Program-made: the position numbers and the translations under genes
NCBI RefSeq assembly: GCF_006345805.1
Contig: NC_043004.1
Location: 54,064,001-54,128,000, forward strand
Origin: Octopus sinensis
Taxonomy: Eukaryota
Length of the DNA: 64,000 nt
Reading direction: 5' to 3'
Part shown: in pieces, positions 13,075-27,711 of the stretch
How positions within the stretch are numbered: the first letter of the stretch is position 1
How the letters are laid out: each line of letters begins with the position of its first letter
Notes under the pieces: generated by a model
Seen by the model: the letters and a program-made list of their open reading frames with translations, nothing else
Told to the model about the DNA's origin: nothing
Databases searched by the model: none

Positions 13075-14129
13075 GGAGCGAGACGAAACAGTGAGACGCC
13101 GTTCTGATTCTCTGCCATTTAGAAAGACGACTTAACAAAATTTTGCCTTTTATTCTTCCGAGTCTTTCTTAATGGCTTTTAATTTCCTGTGTTTACATCG
13201 TTCACACTGCACACGTATACACGAACAAAGCTAGAGAAACACGCAGAAACACAGATAAAAACAGAAACACTCTACTCCACATATATAATGAATTATAGAC
13301 TCAGATATCTTTATACATGTATACACATGTTTGTGTGTACACGTATATACAAACAAACACACGCACATACATAGATATCTATGTGTGTGCGCATGTGGCT
13401 ATGGTTGTATATATATATATATATGTCTGTGTGTGTATGTGTGTATCTATATATATATATGTGTGTAGATACATGCATGTATATATGTACATACGTATGT
13501 ATGTGCATATGTATGCATATATGTATTTTAAGGAAGGGTATTTCGTTCTAGCTATTTGTGAAGGATTCATGGTAGAGAGACAGACAGACAGAGAAACAGA
13601 CGGGTAGGCAAATAGATTCAAAGGATGGACACACATAGATACATTCATATATATATATATATAGGTGTATACATGTATGTGTGTGCATTTGTGTGTGTGT
13701 GTGTGTGTGTGTGTATGAGGATTCGGACACTATGGCCCACTCAAGTAGAGAGTTATTGTTTAAGGAGACATATCCGGGTGTATAAGAGGTTTATCCGGAA
13801 TTTCTTGACGGAATTTGTCCGAAGACTTCTTGAACTTTAAGTGTTCTGTTTCTGTTTAATGTGTTTGGGTGTAATTTTAAAGAGAGCGGGGCCAACTGCG
13901 GTGGAATGATTGTACCGTATTGGTGTTATGAGATGCGAGTGTGATTTACGTTGTGGACTGATAGCACGGGGCCCAATCCTTGGGTGTACTTCAAAGGTGA
14001 TGCCAACATCATTTGGGCAATGCTGATGGAATATTTCCCACATCATGCACATGATGTAGCGCTTACGGCGACGTTGAAGAGAATAAAACTTGAGCTCTTC
14101 TAGTCGACCTCAATAGTCAAGGTCTGTCT

Positions 14130-15740
14130 TGTCATCTATCTTTTTTTTTAATTGACTTTTGGGGTGCTTCAAATTTCATGACGCTTTGTTTCGTGTGGGG
14201 AGACTACAGTGGATAACAGTATTCAAGTTGGGGTCGGACAAAAGTGAAGAAGAGTAAGATAAAAGTGTGGATATCTCTCGACATCAAAGCTCTGAAAATC
14301 TAGGAGCACATTCTGCAGATCATGTCGATTTTGCATTTTTTGTGAGTATCCCAGCTTTTGTTGTTGTCGTTATACCCAAGTTTTGATGTTGTAGGATTCC
14401 ACGAGAGTGCCACCAGAAGGAAGGTAGTATGGGAGTTTCACGGAATCCCCATTTCAATGTGGATTAGCTCAAATTTGTCCTCGTTGAGCAGCATATATTT
14501 CCTTTCCAACCATTGGAAGACTGAACCCATGTCCGGTCACCCACTTCTTTGATGACCTTCTGAAGCTTGGAATCATCTGCAAAGTTTCGGATGTTGCTGC
14601 GCTTGATAATGTCAGTAATGTCATGAATTTCATTAATGTAGATGATGAAACAAGCAGCATATATTTCCTTTCCAACCATTGGAAGACTGAACCCATGTCC
14701 GGTCACCCACTTCTTTGATGACCTTCTGAAGCTTGGAATCATCTGCAAAGTTTCGGATGTTGCTGCGCTTGATAATGTCAGTAATGTCATGAATTTCATT
14801 AATGTAGATGATGAAACAAGCTGTCCCAACGCAGTGCCTTGTGAAACACCACTACTTAATTTGGCTGGCCTTGATTTTGCTCCTTCGGCTACAACGTGAT
14901 AGGTTCGGTCTGTCAGGAAACATTTCATTCATTGTAGTAAGTTTCCAGAAACTGGATAGTTTTTTCACTAGAATCTTATGATCTACTGCAAAGATAAACC
15001 CTGTCAAAGACCTTGCTGAAATCAAGATATATGATACCGGTGATGGAGCCTTCACACAAAGCTCTCAAGATGCTGCTGGAGTTGTGTTAGGCAGTTCCTT
15101 GTATTACAGAAACCATGTTGGTTGGGGTTCAGTAGTCTGTTGCTTTCAAGAAAGTGGGTTGTTCGGGATCTCAACACCCACTTAAATACCTTGATGGTAT
15201 GAGAAGTGTGTGAGGCCGGGCGGTAGTTCACTGCAAGAAACTTGTTTCCCTTCTTGAAAACCGGGACAACAGACTGGGACAGAAAGTTTTTACGAATAAA
15301 ACCAGTAGATTCCTCTACAGATTACCGATGGTGACATACCTTTAAGACAGAAGCACATACACACACACCCAAACAGGACACATCGGGACCTGCTGCTGAA
15401 TTTTGCTAAATTTCGTTTATTGCCGCTAACACATCAAGAGTGCCAAACGTTATGTCTAATATAGTATGTGCGGTGAGTGTTCATAACTAATACAGCCCAG
15501 ATCGGACATATCAAGATTGCTGAAGACAGAGCAGTATTGTTTTTGCAGTATCTCATTCATATACTTGGTCTTATCTTGGGGAGTGCCATTTTCATCAATT
15601 AGAGGAGCAACAGTGAAGACAGTGACCTTGCGTTTTTCCGCAAAAGAAAAGAACACTTTGGGGTTGAATACGATTTTCTCAATGGCCCATTTCTTATCAG
15701 CTGTTCTTTGGTTATTGATGATGGTCTTCATTAGTTGTCG
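14130..15740 (-). pseudogene. CR1/Jockey-like LINE ORF2 fragment (RT), decayed, with a 166-bp tandem duplication
   Basis: SGVSQGTALGQL, FIIYIN..FADDSKL, FVRPQLEY, NPKVFFSFA and ILQKQYCSVFS remnants. Confidence 0.85.
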
Positions 15741-15771
15741 GATGGTATATATATACATACATACATATACA

Positions 15772-15813
<42 letters not shown>

Positions 15814-17952
15814 TAGAGAGAGAGAGAGAGAGAGAGATACATACATACATACATACATACAGACAGACAGACAGACAGACATGTATACATACATTTACAC
15901 ACTCATACATATATATATATATATATACACATCTACATCTGCATACATGCACACAGGTACATATACAAAACCCTGTTTGTGTATGTGTATGCGTAATTAT
16001 GTATTCGTGTAACCAATTATGCATCAAGTTATGTATATACTCTTCTCACATACACAAGAGGGACAGGTAAAATTCGCACCTATATCTAAGAATTTACACT
16101 TACATATATATAGGTAATATTCCTCGCCCGTATTATCTACAGTCACAGGGAAACATTGGAGAGCACACAAATGCGTACATACACACACCATTTGAAACAA
16201 ATTTGAAACAACATCATAAGAAACACGCGTGATGTACACATATAAAGCATTCAATACATTAACACATTTACATGAAGTTGTGTATTCCTCGACGTATTTT
16301 TAAAATAACAGGCCACAATGTTTTGAGCTAAATGCAACTGGTTATTAACACGTAAATTGAATAAAAACAGAACACAAATAGCAGTCTAGTTGCAGACAGA
16401 ATGATAGAAATATAAGTAATTGAATAAACGAGAGATGGAAAGCAGCAGAATTACTATGCAGAGTCAAGGATACAAAAATTATTAGGAACACCTTATTGAT
16501 GCGCATAACGGTTGTACTTCTTAATGCAAAAGCTATACATCTTCTACATACATATATATAGATGCATATTTATATAGAAAGATAGATTGATACGTACATA
16601 CATACATTCATACATACACACATACATTTATTTATATATATATACATGCTTACGTATACATAAATGTACACACACATATCCTTACTTATATACGTTTACA
16701 TACCTGTATACATACATACATACATATATATATGTGTGTGTGTGTGTGTATTACACATATATAGTGTATGTATATATACACACATATATATATATACACA
16801 CACACACTTGGATATGAAAATACATAAGGCACGTCAGTGTTTAAAGATCATATCTCATATGAAAGAAAACACAACTATTCTTTATCAGCCGCCATTTTGT
16901 TTCCTCCATTTCCTCATAGATCTTCTTTTCGTGACCTCAAATTGCTCGCAAAAGTCATTGCAAAGAAATAAACTAATTGGAATAAACGATAACAAGATTC
17001 TTCAGCGAAACGTTACCCTAAGAGCCTTCTCTAACTTATGCCCTTTATTAGTCAGCCCTTCAATTCTAATTTCACATATTCACCTTAGCTCTTATATATT
17101 TTTCTGGTCGTAGATCGATAGAATAATTGCCCTTATTTTATATATTAGCATCGAGTTGATTGATTTTATCCTATCTCTCCATTTATCTCACAATTACTGG
17201 ATTCGAAGGTTTCCTCATCTTCCTCCCATCCCTTTCAACGTAAATTTTATCCGCGTGTTTCTTATCTCTTGGATCCAATGTTTCCCGTAACATCACTCCC
17301 TCTTCCGTTAATTGCTCTTTCACTTCAATGCAACACACAGTAATCACTCCACCGTACCCAGGATTCGGTTAGATCTCCCACACTCTTTCTTCTCCAGATA
17401 AATGGCCCACTGATATCTCATCATTTATAATGCTACTCAAATATATGTCTCCTTTCTACATTAACATTCCTTACACAACCTTTTCTTTTCGAACAACCGA
17501 AGTATATATTCTGCTGTGCATGATCTATTTCCAGCAAATGAAGCATAGCATTCATCCTTTACTGCTTCTATAGAAATCCAACCGACTCAGTTCCTTCGTA
17601 CTATGTTCCGAGTTCAGTTACCATGAAATAATAACTGTTGAAATCCTTTGTTATTATCCTTCAACCATAACTACAAAATCACCGGCTTCTCTCGCGTTGC
17701 TCCAACCCACTATCGCCTAATCCCATATAAATGATCTGTTTCTTATCTGAAATATATCAACTTTAATCTCCAAACTATTCCCGTATTCTCAATCATCTCC
17801 CCCAAAAATCTGCTACCATCTGAAATTTCTTCTATGCGAACCATTCTGTTATTATTGTTGTTGTAAAGGTTTCACCCTAGGTAGGTCTGACCTAACAAAT
17901 GATCATATTGAAATGCACTGCATTACCCTATTTGGGTTTTTTTCTCTCAAAG

Positions 17953-18095
17953 TACGATGTGGTACCAAAAGGTTCCCGGACTAATTATGTTTAATAAAAA
18001 TATCTTATTTACCTAAGTTTTCACATCATCTCCTTCGAAATTGTCATCTTGCGTAGCTATACACCGATCTCAGCGTTCCTGCCATTTTTGGATCC
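17953..18095 (-). pseudogene. mariner 3' end with terminal inverted repeat
   Basis: The minus strand encodes QKWQER*DRCIATQDDNFEGD and is followed by a TIR-like end ending in ...CATCGTA. Confidence 0.7.
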
Positions 18096-18704
18096 GACCT
18101 AGAAGTTGCTTAACGTACCAAGTTTAGCTTGACATCAACAACTACCTCAGTAGATAGGCAGCCCTATAATGGAGGTAACAGCATGATATTTTCTATAAAA
18201 TAACTTTACAGTTCCTTATATCGTCTCTATTAAAAATTTCTATTTAACAACTTTAAATTAAATCGTTGTAAATGTAACTAGTGTTTTCGTCAATCTGAGA
18301 TGATTTCAATGTTAATATAGTGAAACTTGTGCCGATACTTAAGAATAAGGATCACACTGGCAGGGAATAATTGAAGAGAAATATTACGTTTCGCTTCGTG
18401 CTTTTCTTGCGTGTGGGATCCGTGTAATTACGTCTTATCTGTAAACGCACATGAGTATAAGAGAGATAAAATAGGACGATCAAAAAGTTCTTAATGAAAT
18501 AAGCTACAATATTTGTATCGAATACATAATGCATGGAGTTTACACATTTGACATTTGCTGCAGCAATTAACCAGGCAAATTTTGGCAGATGTTAACAGCT
18601 TGGTAGAGCAGGTGAAATACAAGCTACTTATGGTGGTACGAACCTGCAACATGGCAAGTTGCTGGCTGACGTACTAGACCTCCGTGCTCCCCCCACACTT
18701 TCTC

Positions 18705-18886
18705 GCTATCATCTTCATTGTCATCATCCTCATCATCATCATCTTCATCATCATCATCTTCCTCATCATCATCATCATCATAATCATCATCATCATCATC
18801 ATAATCATCATCATCATCATCATTATCCTCATCCTTATGTTCATCATCATCATCATCATCATCGAAATCATCATCCACATCATCAC

Positions 18887-18926
<40 letters not shown>

Positions 18927-18967
18927 TTCATCATCATCATCATCTTCCTCATCATCATCATCATCAT

Positions 18968-19018
<51 letters not shown>

Positions 19019-19170
19019 TATGTTCATCATCGTCATCATCATTATCGGCATCATTATCATCACCATTATCATTACCATGACCATCATCATCATCATCATC
19101 ATAATCATCATCATCATCATCGAAATCATCATCCACATCATCACCATCATCATCATCATCGTCGTCGTCG
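18705..19170. repeat. (CAT)n trinucleotide array with internal higher-order duplications
   Basis: Variant blocks recur: CCTTATGTT at 18833 and 19016; CGAAATC at 18863 and 19121. Confidence 0.95.
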
Positions 19171-19309
19171 TCCTAGTGAGTCTCACAAAAGAGTCAGGTA
19201 AATTAACGTCTGTAAACGTAAAGTTAGAAAGGAAATAGGTTGGTTTGTTAAAACAACTGGTGTGCAACGAAGTGAAACAGATGGGATAAGTAAAGTAATT
19301 TTATATAAC

Positions 19310-19340
<31 letters not shown>

Positions 19341-19816
19341 TACAGCAGCAACAGCGACGACAACAACACAAGCATTATTATCAAGAGTGATAACGGCAGT
19401 CAGAAGAACAGCAACAATAGCAACAACAGAGATAACATCAACAACTACAACAGCAGAAACAAAAGAAACAAAAGCTGTGATAACAAAAGTAAAAACAGTA
19501 ACAACATCAACTGAAAGAACATTAATATTAGCAGCATCAGCATCTTCAGAAACAACCACAGCAAAACCAACAGCATCAACAATACAACAACAGCAGCAAC
19601 AACAACAATAACAACAGCAACAAAAAACCATCTACAGCAACGAGAACTGTAATAGTAACGATAACAGCAGCAGCACCAGTGACTTAGTTAAAGAAACCAG
19701 TTCGATTAGCTTACATTAGTTTTCAAGCTGAACAATTCCAGGCCAATTTCCTTCCTGAAAAATCGATCAGGAGTGAAAAGAATCTGTCGTGTTTACTATA
19801 CAATACACACATACAC

Positions 19817-19883
<67 letters not shown>

Positions 19884-19907
19884 TACATACATACATACAT
19901 ACATACA

Positions 19908-19938
<31 letters not shown>

Positions 19939-20449
19939 TGATATAGTGAAGGCATATGGTCTAGTGGTTATAGTTTTGATCTCACGATCATAAGATAATC
20001 GGTTCAGTTCCTGAAACTGGTATCGCTTTGTGTACCCCCCGGACCCAAGTGGTTACACAACGCGTGTCATTTCAAGTTGTTACAGTAAGTTCATCTGAAT
20101 GTGTACATCAGTTGGATTCTGGTGCTACATTTATTTCGCCCTCGATGCTCTGTTGTACCTTGAGCTGGAAGGTCGAGAGCGTGTCCATGCCTCACTATGA
20201 CTACATTCGCAACTAAGCCTTTTGTGCTTGTTGTCTTTTCCAATTAAAGACCTCACAGTCAAACCAGAGAACATTCTTCATTGCTTTCTATCCTCCACAA
20301 CAATTTCAACCTTCTTTGGTAGAATCAATTTATTTGTGAGTTTTTCCCTTCAGGATTCACTGAATCTCAATTGCGGTCTTTTATGACAATGTTTCTCCGT
20401 CGCCAGTTCAGGATAAAGGAGAATCTTCGATAGTCATTCATTGTCCATC

Positions 20450-21480
20450 ATTTGGACACTGCCATTCCACTTGAGATGATGGTCCATGATCATCGTCGCG
20501 ATGCATGTCATTTCAGGAAGGGTGGGAGAGGTTTGATCAATTGCCAGGGCTGTATGGAAGCAGAGGAAAATAGCCTAGTGTGGCATATAAAAATTGCCGT
20601 TGAGCCACTGTTAAATCACACCAAGAAGGTCGGATTCATCAAAACTGAAATTTGTGTAACTAAAGAAAATTTAAATAAGAAACGAACAAAGAAAAAGAAA
20701 AAGCATTGAAGGAAAAGGAAATGTATGGTCAGTTTGCAAGAGATGTGAACGCCAAGACAGATGCACAGGACAGGTGGTTATAGATGAGGAAGAGGGACTT
20801 GAAGATAGAGACAAAATCACTCATGTACGTAGCTTAGGAACAAGTACGGAATAGTCAACATTACCGATAGCAACAAATGCAGAATGTGTGGTGGGAGGGG
20901 TGAAAACTTATGACACATTGTTATCGAATGCCCGAAGTTGGCACAACGCGAATACAAAAGACGCTATGACAATGTGGCAAGAATGATGGATTGGGAACTC
21001 TGTGGAAATCATGGCTAACAAAGAACAAAGACGTGGTATGAGCAAACTCAAGAAGGAGCCACAAAAAATGAGAATTGCAAAATCATGTGGGATGCAATGA
21101 TCCAGTGCGATCACCTGACCGGACATCGGCACCTCAACACTGTTGTGGTGACTACAGGATCACTGTGAAAGGAAACAAATCAACTATTGACGATTTGAAG
21201 GGGGAAAATAGAAAGGCTGTGGTTGATAAGGAGAATAGACGTGATACCAACAGTAACTGGTGCACCCGGAAATATCAACATTCAACTACCAAAATGACTG
21301 ATAAAGATCGGGACAAGTGTGAAGGTAGAACACCTACAAAAATCAGCATTGCTTAGAAGTGCAAGTATTCTACGCAGGGGTCTTGAAGCATGACAGTAAA
21401 CAAGTATCACATTAGTCTGATGGCTGTGGACCTCTGACACTTTCCATCATACCCAGAAATTCAAGCTGTAGGTTTTAATA
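20450..21480 (+). pseudogene. R4/Dong-like (RLE-type) non-LTR retrotransposon 3' part, decayed
   Basis: GGRGLINC, GQFARDV, CRMCGGRGE..HIVIECPKLAQREYKRRYDNVA and KIMWD remnants; ends in (ATG/ATA)n. Confidence 0.75.
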
Positions 21481-21527
21481 AAATAATGATGATGATGATG
21501 ATGATGATGATGATAATAATAATAATA

Positions 21528-21561
<34 letters not shown>

Positions 21562-21825
21562 TAATAATAATAATAATAATAATAATGATATTTGTAAGTA
21601 TAAAGCTAAAAAGCAATCCCCGTTTGTCGGTAAAAGGAAAACCTAATGCTGGATCATATAAGACCTCGACGGAAGAGAAAATTGTGGGTACATGAGATGC
21701 GGGTTCGATTCTCACGCGCAATAATACCTGCTTTTCCCCGTTGATGGTTTATGTTCCCTAATATTAGACTAGTTTCTTTAGCCAATATACGGTAATCGCT
21801 TATACGCTTTAAGTTTATAATAATG

Positions 21826-21908
<83 letters not shown>

Positions 21909-21962
21909 AATAATGATAATAATAATAATAATGATAATAATAATAATGATAATAATAATAAT

Positions 21963-22460
21963 AAAAAGACCTACTGAAAATATAAAGACCTACTGAAAAT
22001 ATAAAGACCTACTTGAAAATATAAAGACCTACTCATTGAAATTGAGAAAATGTGGCATCTCAAGGCGGTTACAATACCAGTGATCGTAGGAGCACTAGGA
22101 ATGATCAAGAAGGGAACCGAAAATTATATGAGAATGATCCCTGGCTTACCATCCCTGCAAGAAGTGCAAAAGATTGTCTTAACTGGTACATCACACGTAT
22201 TGAGAAGAGCATTGTCGATGTGAGAACTGTTGCTGCTCATGTATTTTAATTTAACTTTAAAAAAAAAAAAAAAAAAAACTACTGAGTTTGGTTTAATGGC
22301 CTACCAATATACACTATGAGTTTCTTTGCCCTAGGAGTCGGGAAGACACTCGGCAAGAAATGGAAGAAAATTTGAAAGAAGAAAAAAAAAGTAAAAATAA
22401 TAATAATAATGATAATAATAATAATGATAATAATAATAATAATAATAATAATTATTATTA
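21963..22460 (+). pseudogene. 5'-truncated R4/Dong-like element (C-terminus and 3' UTR) between (AAT)n tracts
   Basis: KYKDLLIEIEKMWHLKAVTIPVIVGALG...QKIVLTGTSHVLRRALSM*. Confidence 0.85.
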
Positions 22461-23090
22461 TTATTATTATGTTTTTTCCTTCTTTCTTCAAATTTTCTTC
22501 CGTTTCTCGCCGAGTGTTTTCCATACACTTAGGGCAGAGAAGCTCATTGTATGCATTCCCAGATTACACACGCAAATTCACAGATAAAATATGTATTTTA
22601 AAATTAATAAATAAATAAATTCATGGATGGATGTTGTTTTCACAACGATAATGCTCTTCTCAGTACATGAGCCGTTCCAGTTAATACGATCTTTTGCACT
22701 TCCTGTAGGGATGGTAAGCCTGGAATCATTTTCAAATAGGTTTCAGAACCTTTTTTTATCATTCCTGGAGATCCTACAATCACTGGTACTATAGTCGCCT
22801 TGAGATGCCACATTTTTTCAATTTCTATTAGCAGGTCTTTATATTTACTAATCTTGTCAAATTCTTTCGCCGCTATATTGTGATCGCTAGAGATACTCAT
22901 GTCAATTAATAAACACATCTTTTTTCTCTGATCTTTTATAATAATAGCCGGTTTATTAGCTTTTACAGTCTTGTCGGTCTGTACGGTGAAGTCCCATAGA
23001 ATCGACACATATTCTCCCTCAGCCACAGCTTCAGGATGGTGTTTATACCATTTGTCAGCGGTTTTGATTTTATAATACCGACATATTATA
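22461..23090 (-). pseudogene. 5'-truncated R4/Dong-like element, tail-to-tail with the previous copy
   Basis: ORF 22640-23026: WYKHHPEAVAEGEYVSILWDFTVQTD..NKPAIIIKD..LLIDMS..KYKDL..; both ends abut (AAT)n. Confidence 0.88.
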
Positions 23091-23132
23091 TTATTATTAT
23101 TATTATTACTATTATTATTATTATTATTATTA

Positions 23133-23183
<51 letters not shown>

Positions 23184-23211
23184 TATTATTATTATTATTA
23201 TCATATGAGCA

Positions 23212-23585
23212 AAACGTGACCGCGTGGTAAGAAACTTGCTTCCCAACCACATGGTTCCGGGTTCAGTCCTTCTGTGTGGCACCTTGCACAAGTGACTTCT
23301 ACTGTAGCTTCAGGCCGACCTTCTGAGTGGATTTCATAGACAGAAACTGGAAGTGGCCCGTCGTATATATATATTTGTGTGTGTGTATGTGTGTGTGTGT
23401 TACCACCATCGCTTGACAACCAATGCTGGTATGTTATGTCCACATAACTTAGCGGTTCGGCATAAGAGAACGATAGAGTAAGTACTACGATTACAAAGAA
23501 TAAGAGGTGGGGTAGATTTCTTCGACCAACAGCCTTTAACACTGTGCTCCAGTAAGGCCACAGACAAATGACTGAAACAAATAAA
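23212..23585 (+). mobile_element. tRNA-derived SINE family C, complete copy with internal microsatellite
   Basis: Head GTGGTAAG...GGGTTCAGTCC, CORE-like GCACCTTGCACAAGTG, (TA/TG)n, and a tail ending AAATGACTGAAACAA. Homologous to other copies in the window. Confidence 0.8.
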
Positions 23586-23620
23586 ATGTATACATACATA
23601 CATAAATACATACATGCATG

Positions 23621-23725
<105 letters not shown>

Positions 23726-24573
23726 TGCATGTATGTATATATACACATCAGCAGAATCATGTACGTACGCGTGACTTCATATTTTCTAGTGTGTTTAAGC
23801 TATTTAAATATATTTGGAATATAACAGCAACTGTATAGTATGTAATATGTGAGCAGCTGATTTCCTTCGATTAGCAACATTTTGAACGTGCGAAAAAAAA
23901 ATTGGAAACTTTTCAACGAAGTAACTTCTACACAGTTACTTTCTTTGCTAAAAAATAGAAGCCAAATCCCATGAAAACAACTTTACTGCTTAAGAAAACA
24001 TACCGTAAAGAAATATGGAACAATGTAGTCGTCGATATCGAAATAGATGCAATACTTTCCATGACATATCTTTTCCAGAAAAAGATGATGAGAATTGAAT
24101 CAAAAACAAAGAATCATGAATAAAGCCGAAATATATTTATTGCGAACTTAATGCGAATCTGTAACCAATTTCCGTTTTTCATGATATTTCTACTAACGTA
24201 AGACATTCCTCTGTCGCTTTGTTGAAGAATTAATTGACCAAAGTCAATAATTATAGAGTTTGGCGCATCAACGAACGGAAGTAGTGATAAGCCAGTTTGA
24301 TTGATCCTAAACGCCTAATTGATTTGGCTCCATTCTTAAGACGTGACATACTTCCAGGAACTTCCCTATGTCTTTATAAATAATTGCCATCGATTTTCTG
24401 CAAGATTGGCAATGGCACTGATTTTTACCAAAATATTTCAAATTTCTTACAAGATTCTTTCTGTCTTCGTATCTCTTTGTCTATCGGTCAATTTCTTTAG
24501 TGGTCGTTTGTCAATATTTATCAATATGGCATCCGCCTCTCTGTTTTCCTCTGTATATTTCTCTTTTACATAT

Positions 24574-24636
<63 letters not shown>

Positions 24637-24659
24637 CTCTTTACTCTTTACTCTTTTAC

Positions 24660-25017
24660 TTGTTTCAGTCATTTGACTGCGGCCATGCCGGAGCACCACC
24701 TTTAATCGAGCAACTCGAGCCCGAGACTTATTCTTTTGTAAGCCCAGTACTTATTCTATCGGTCTCTTTTGCCGAACCGCTAAGTAACGGGGGACATAAA
24801 CACACCAGTATCGGTTGTCAAGCAATGCTAGGGGGATAAACACAGACACACAAACACACACACGCATATATATGTATACATATATACGACGGATTTCTTT
24901 CAGTTTCCGTCTACCAAATCCACTCACAAGGCTTTGGTTGACCCGAGGCTATAGTAGAAGACACTTGCCCATGTGGTTGGTAAACAAGCTACTTACCATA
25001 CAGCCACTCCTGCGTCC
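24660..25017 (-). mobile_element. SINE family C copy
   Basis: Reverse complement of the head and tail seen at 23212-23585, with an internal deletion in the head. Confidence 0.8.
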
Positions 25018-25100
25018 AGAGGAATATATATATATATACATGCTTATACATATATATATATACAAGCATATATATATATATATATATATTATTATTATTA

Positions 25101-25142
<42 letters not shown>

Positions 25143-26435
25143 GGGAATATTACTTACGAGTACACAGGAAAACGGCATTCAAATTAGATGTACTAAAATG
25201 AACATCTCTCAATGTTTAATTCGTATATATAAAAGTAATTTTAGAAACAGAACCACCTTCTACTAAATCAACACTGAAAAGATTTTATACCTGAACACTC
25301 CATAAAATGTTTAAAAAAAATCTTATACTATAGCTATTCTGAATAGATATAGTAAGTATAAGATTTAATTTTTAACATTTTATGCAGTGATCGGGTATAA
25401 AATTTTCAGTGTTGATTGAGTTGAAGGTGGTTCTGTCTCTAAAATTACTGTTATATATATATATAGAGAGAGATATACAGACAGACAGACAGAGAGAAAG
25501 AGAGAGAGGAAGAGAGAGAAAGAGAGAGAGGAAGAGAGAGAAAGAGAGAGAGAAAGAGAGAGAACGGAAAAGGAAGTTGGCAGAATTGTTAGCACGTCGG
25601 GCCAAATACTTACCTGTGTTCGTCGTACTCTACCTGTTGGTTGATGCTCTGCGATGTCGACTCTTATCCTTTCGAGATCGTTAAAATAAATAACAGTTGA
25701 ACACTAGGGTTGATGTAGTCGACTTATCTTTTTACCTAATCTAGCTGACGCTACACCAATATTCGATATATAATCGTATAAATTCTATTTAACACATTGT
25801 TTTAGTACAGTAAGACGCGGGAGAATCATTCGGTGCGGAATTACTCTCATTGACATTATGTGGAATATGTATTGGGCTATGAATTACAACATCAGATCTC
25901 AGTACCTAAACATTTCTGCTTCATGCGCATAGTCAGCTACGAAGCCAATGTCGTTTTTTAGAGCATCATAATAACAATAGTTCTCATTTATTAGAGAAAC
26001 ACATAATACGATTATATATATTTCAAGTTGCTTTAGTGGAATTCTAGTTTAACCAAGCGTTTTCACAAAATGTATCGTTGAAAAAAACATGTTTAATATG
26101 TTCGTGTACATTCGAACGTGAGCGGGCCTATCGCTTCAGAAGTAATCTCGGGAGACTATATATATATATATGAAACCTGTGGTTTTCATAAGGCCATCAA
26201 CAACTCATTCTGTATTCATGACTAATGATGCGTAAGAAATCAGAAACACATGCATGTCCTTCACTCATGACGTCAATCACAAGTGTTATGAATGCGTAAT
26301 ACTCGGTAATGCTAAGGTCTTCGTGTATAAAATAAGTAGTTTTGTATTGCATCTTATCATTCTATGTCCAAAGCGGTCGCTGAAATCAATCATTAGTGTC
26401 ACATTATCTCTTCTATTATATTGGACATTCAAGAC

Positions 26436-26648
26436 AGCGAGCAGGCAGAAACTTTAGCACGCCGGGCGAATTGCTTAGTGGTATTTCGTCTGTCTTAACG
26501 TTCTGAGTTCAAATGCCGCCGACTTCGACTTTGCCTGTCATCCTTTCAGAGTCGATAAATTAAGTGCCATTTGCGTACTGAAGTCGATCAAATTGACTGG
26601 GCCCCTCTCCCAAAATCTCGGGCCTTGTTCCTAGATAAGAAACGATTA
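26436..26648 (+). mobile_element. SINE family B (same head as family A, different tail)
   Basis: GCAGAAAC..TAGCACGCCGGGCG...GAGTTCAAATGCC, with a tail CCCCTCTCCCAAAATCTCGGGCCTTG. A degenerate copy lies at about 268-430. Confidence 0.7.
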
Positions 26649-26659
26649 TATTGGACTTG

Positions 26660-27010
26660 GACATTCTAATTTGTAATGTGTGGTAAAAATAATTTTCTGG
26701 ATTACCTGGATTCAAGAAGGGATAGTAGTCTGATTCAATGAGAATCCTCATACTCATTACCCGTTTCAAATAGCAGTTCGTGTTTGTTTTAATCCGACCA
26801 AAATGTAGATGTTTCTATAAAGAAAACAATTTATGGTTCGCGTCTCTTGTCTGCTAGTTTCCCATCCCAAAAGAATGTGTACTCCACGTCCACGATTCTA
26901 TCATATTCTGGTAACTGGCCTCTCAGAGAGCACTTTTTTGATGCTGAACGTTTTCAGCTCGTGGGACTGACAAATCAGTCAACCCGCTTCTTAGCAATGT
27001 TCCAAAATTC
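26660..27010 (-). pseudogene. Degenerate RTE endonuclease fragment
   Basis: Minus-strand remnants GQLPE..VEYTFFWDGKLADKRRE and RVMSMRI match the RTE EN seen at 52007-52400. Confidence 0.5.
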
Positions 27011-27621
27011 CATAGAAGTATATGAAACTCCTTTCAATCATCCTAGTAACGTTTTTGCTTATGTGTCTGCTGTAGATTGGAGTTGAGATCTTTGGTAACT
27101 TGAACATTGATCGATCTGGAGTACTACTGTTTTACTGATATCGAGCTACTTGCACAAGTCACACCGTGGTGATAACTTTTGTACTTACAAGTAACATTCT
27201 CGCGTTGAACTGTAGTATATACAGCAGACTAATACAACATATTTATTACCGAATAACAGCAGCTGTGAATCAGTAGAGTTCTCTATCCATTTAAACGAAT
27301 TTACATAATCGTTAATCGATGTCCTTTGACAGCGAAGTTCATTTAGTCTTTTTGATAGGTTTTGCGTTTTATTCGGTAGGGTTTCAAACCGTTTTAATCA
27401 CCTACATGCCCGACTAGGCACATATTTTAATGTATTACATAATTACTGCTCTCTGACCTCACACACACACACACGTTTGTGTGAATTTGTAGTCGTATAT
27501 ATCTATGACTTGATGTCTGTGTATATAATACACACGCATACGCGTTTAGAAATAGATAATGTTTCTGATGAAACATTATTAGCTTTAGAATTTTGATCAA
27601 CATAATCATCATCAATGCCAA

Positions 27622-27664
<43 letters not shown>

Positions 27665-27677
27665 GCTGTTGTTGTTG

Positions 27678-27711
<34 letters not shown>

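Noticed and set aside
13740-14100. Possible transposon fragment
   Set aside because: No motif that I could assign with confidence.
18624-19631. Poly-Asp, poly-His, poly-Ile and Thr-rich (mucin-like) ORFs
   Set aside because: All frames are open because of (CAT)n and (ACA/GCA)n repeats; no splice or homology support.
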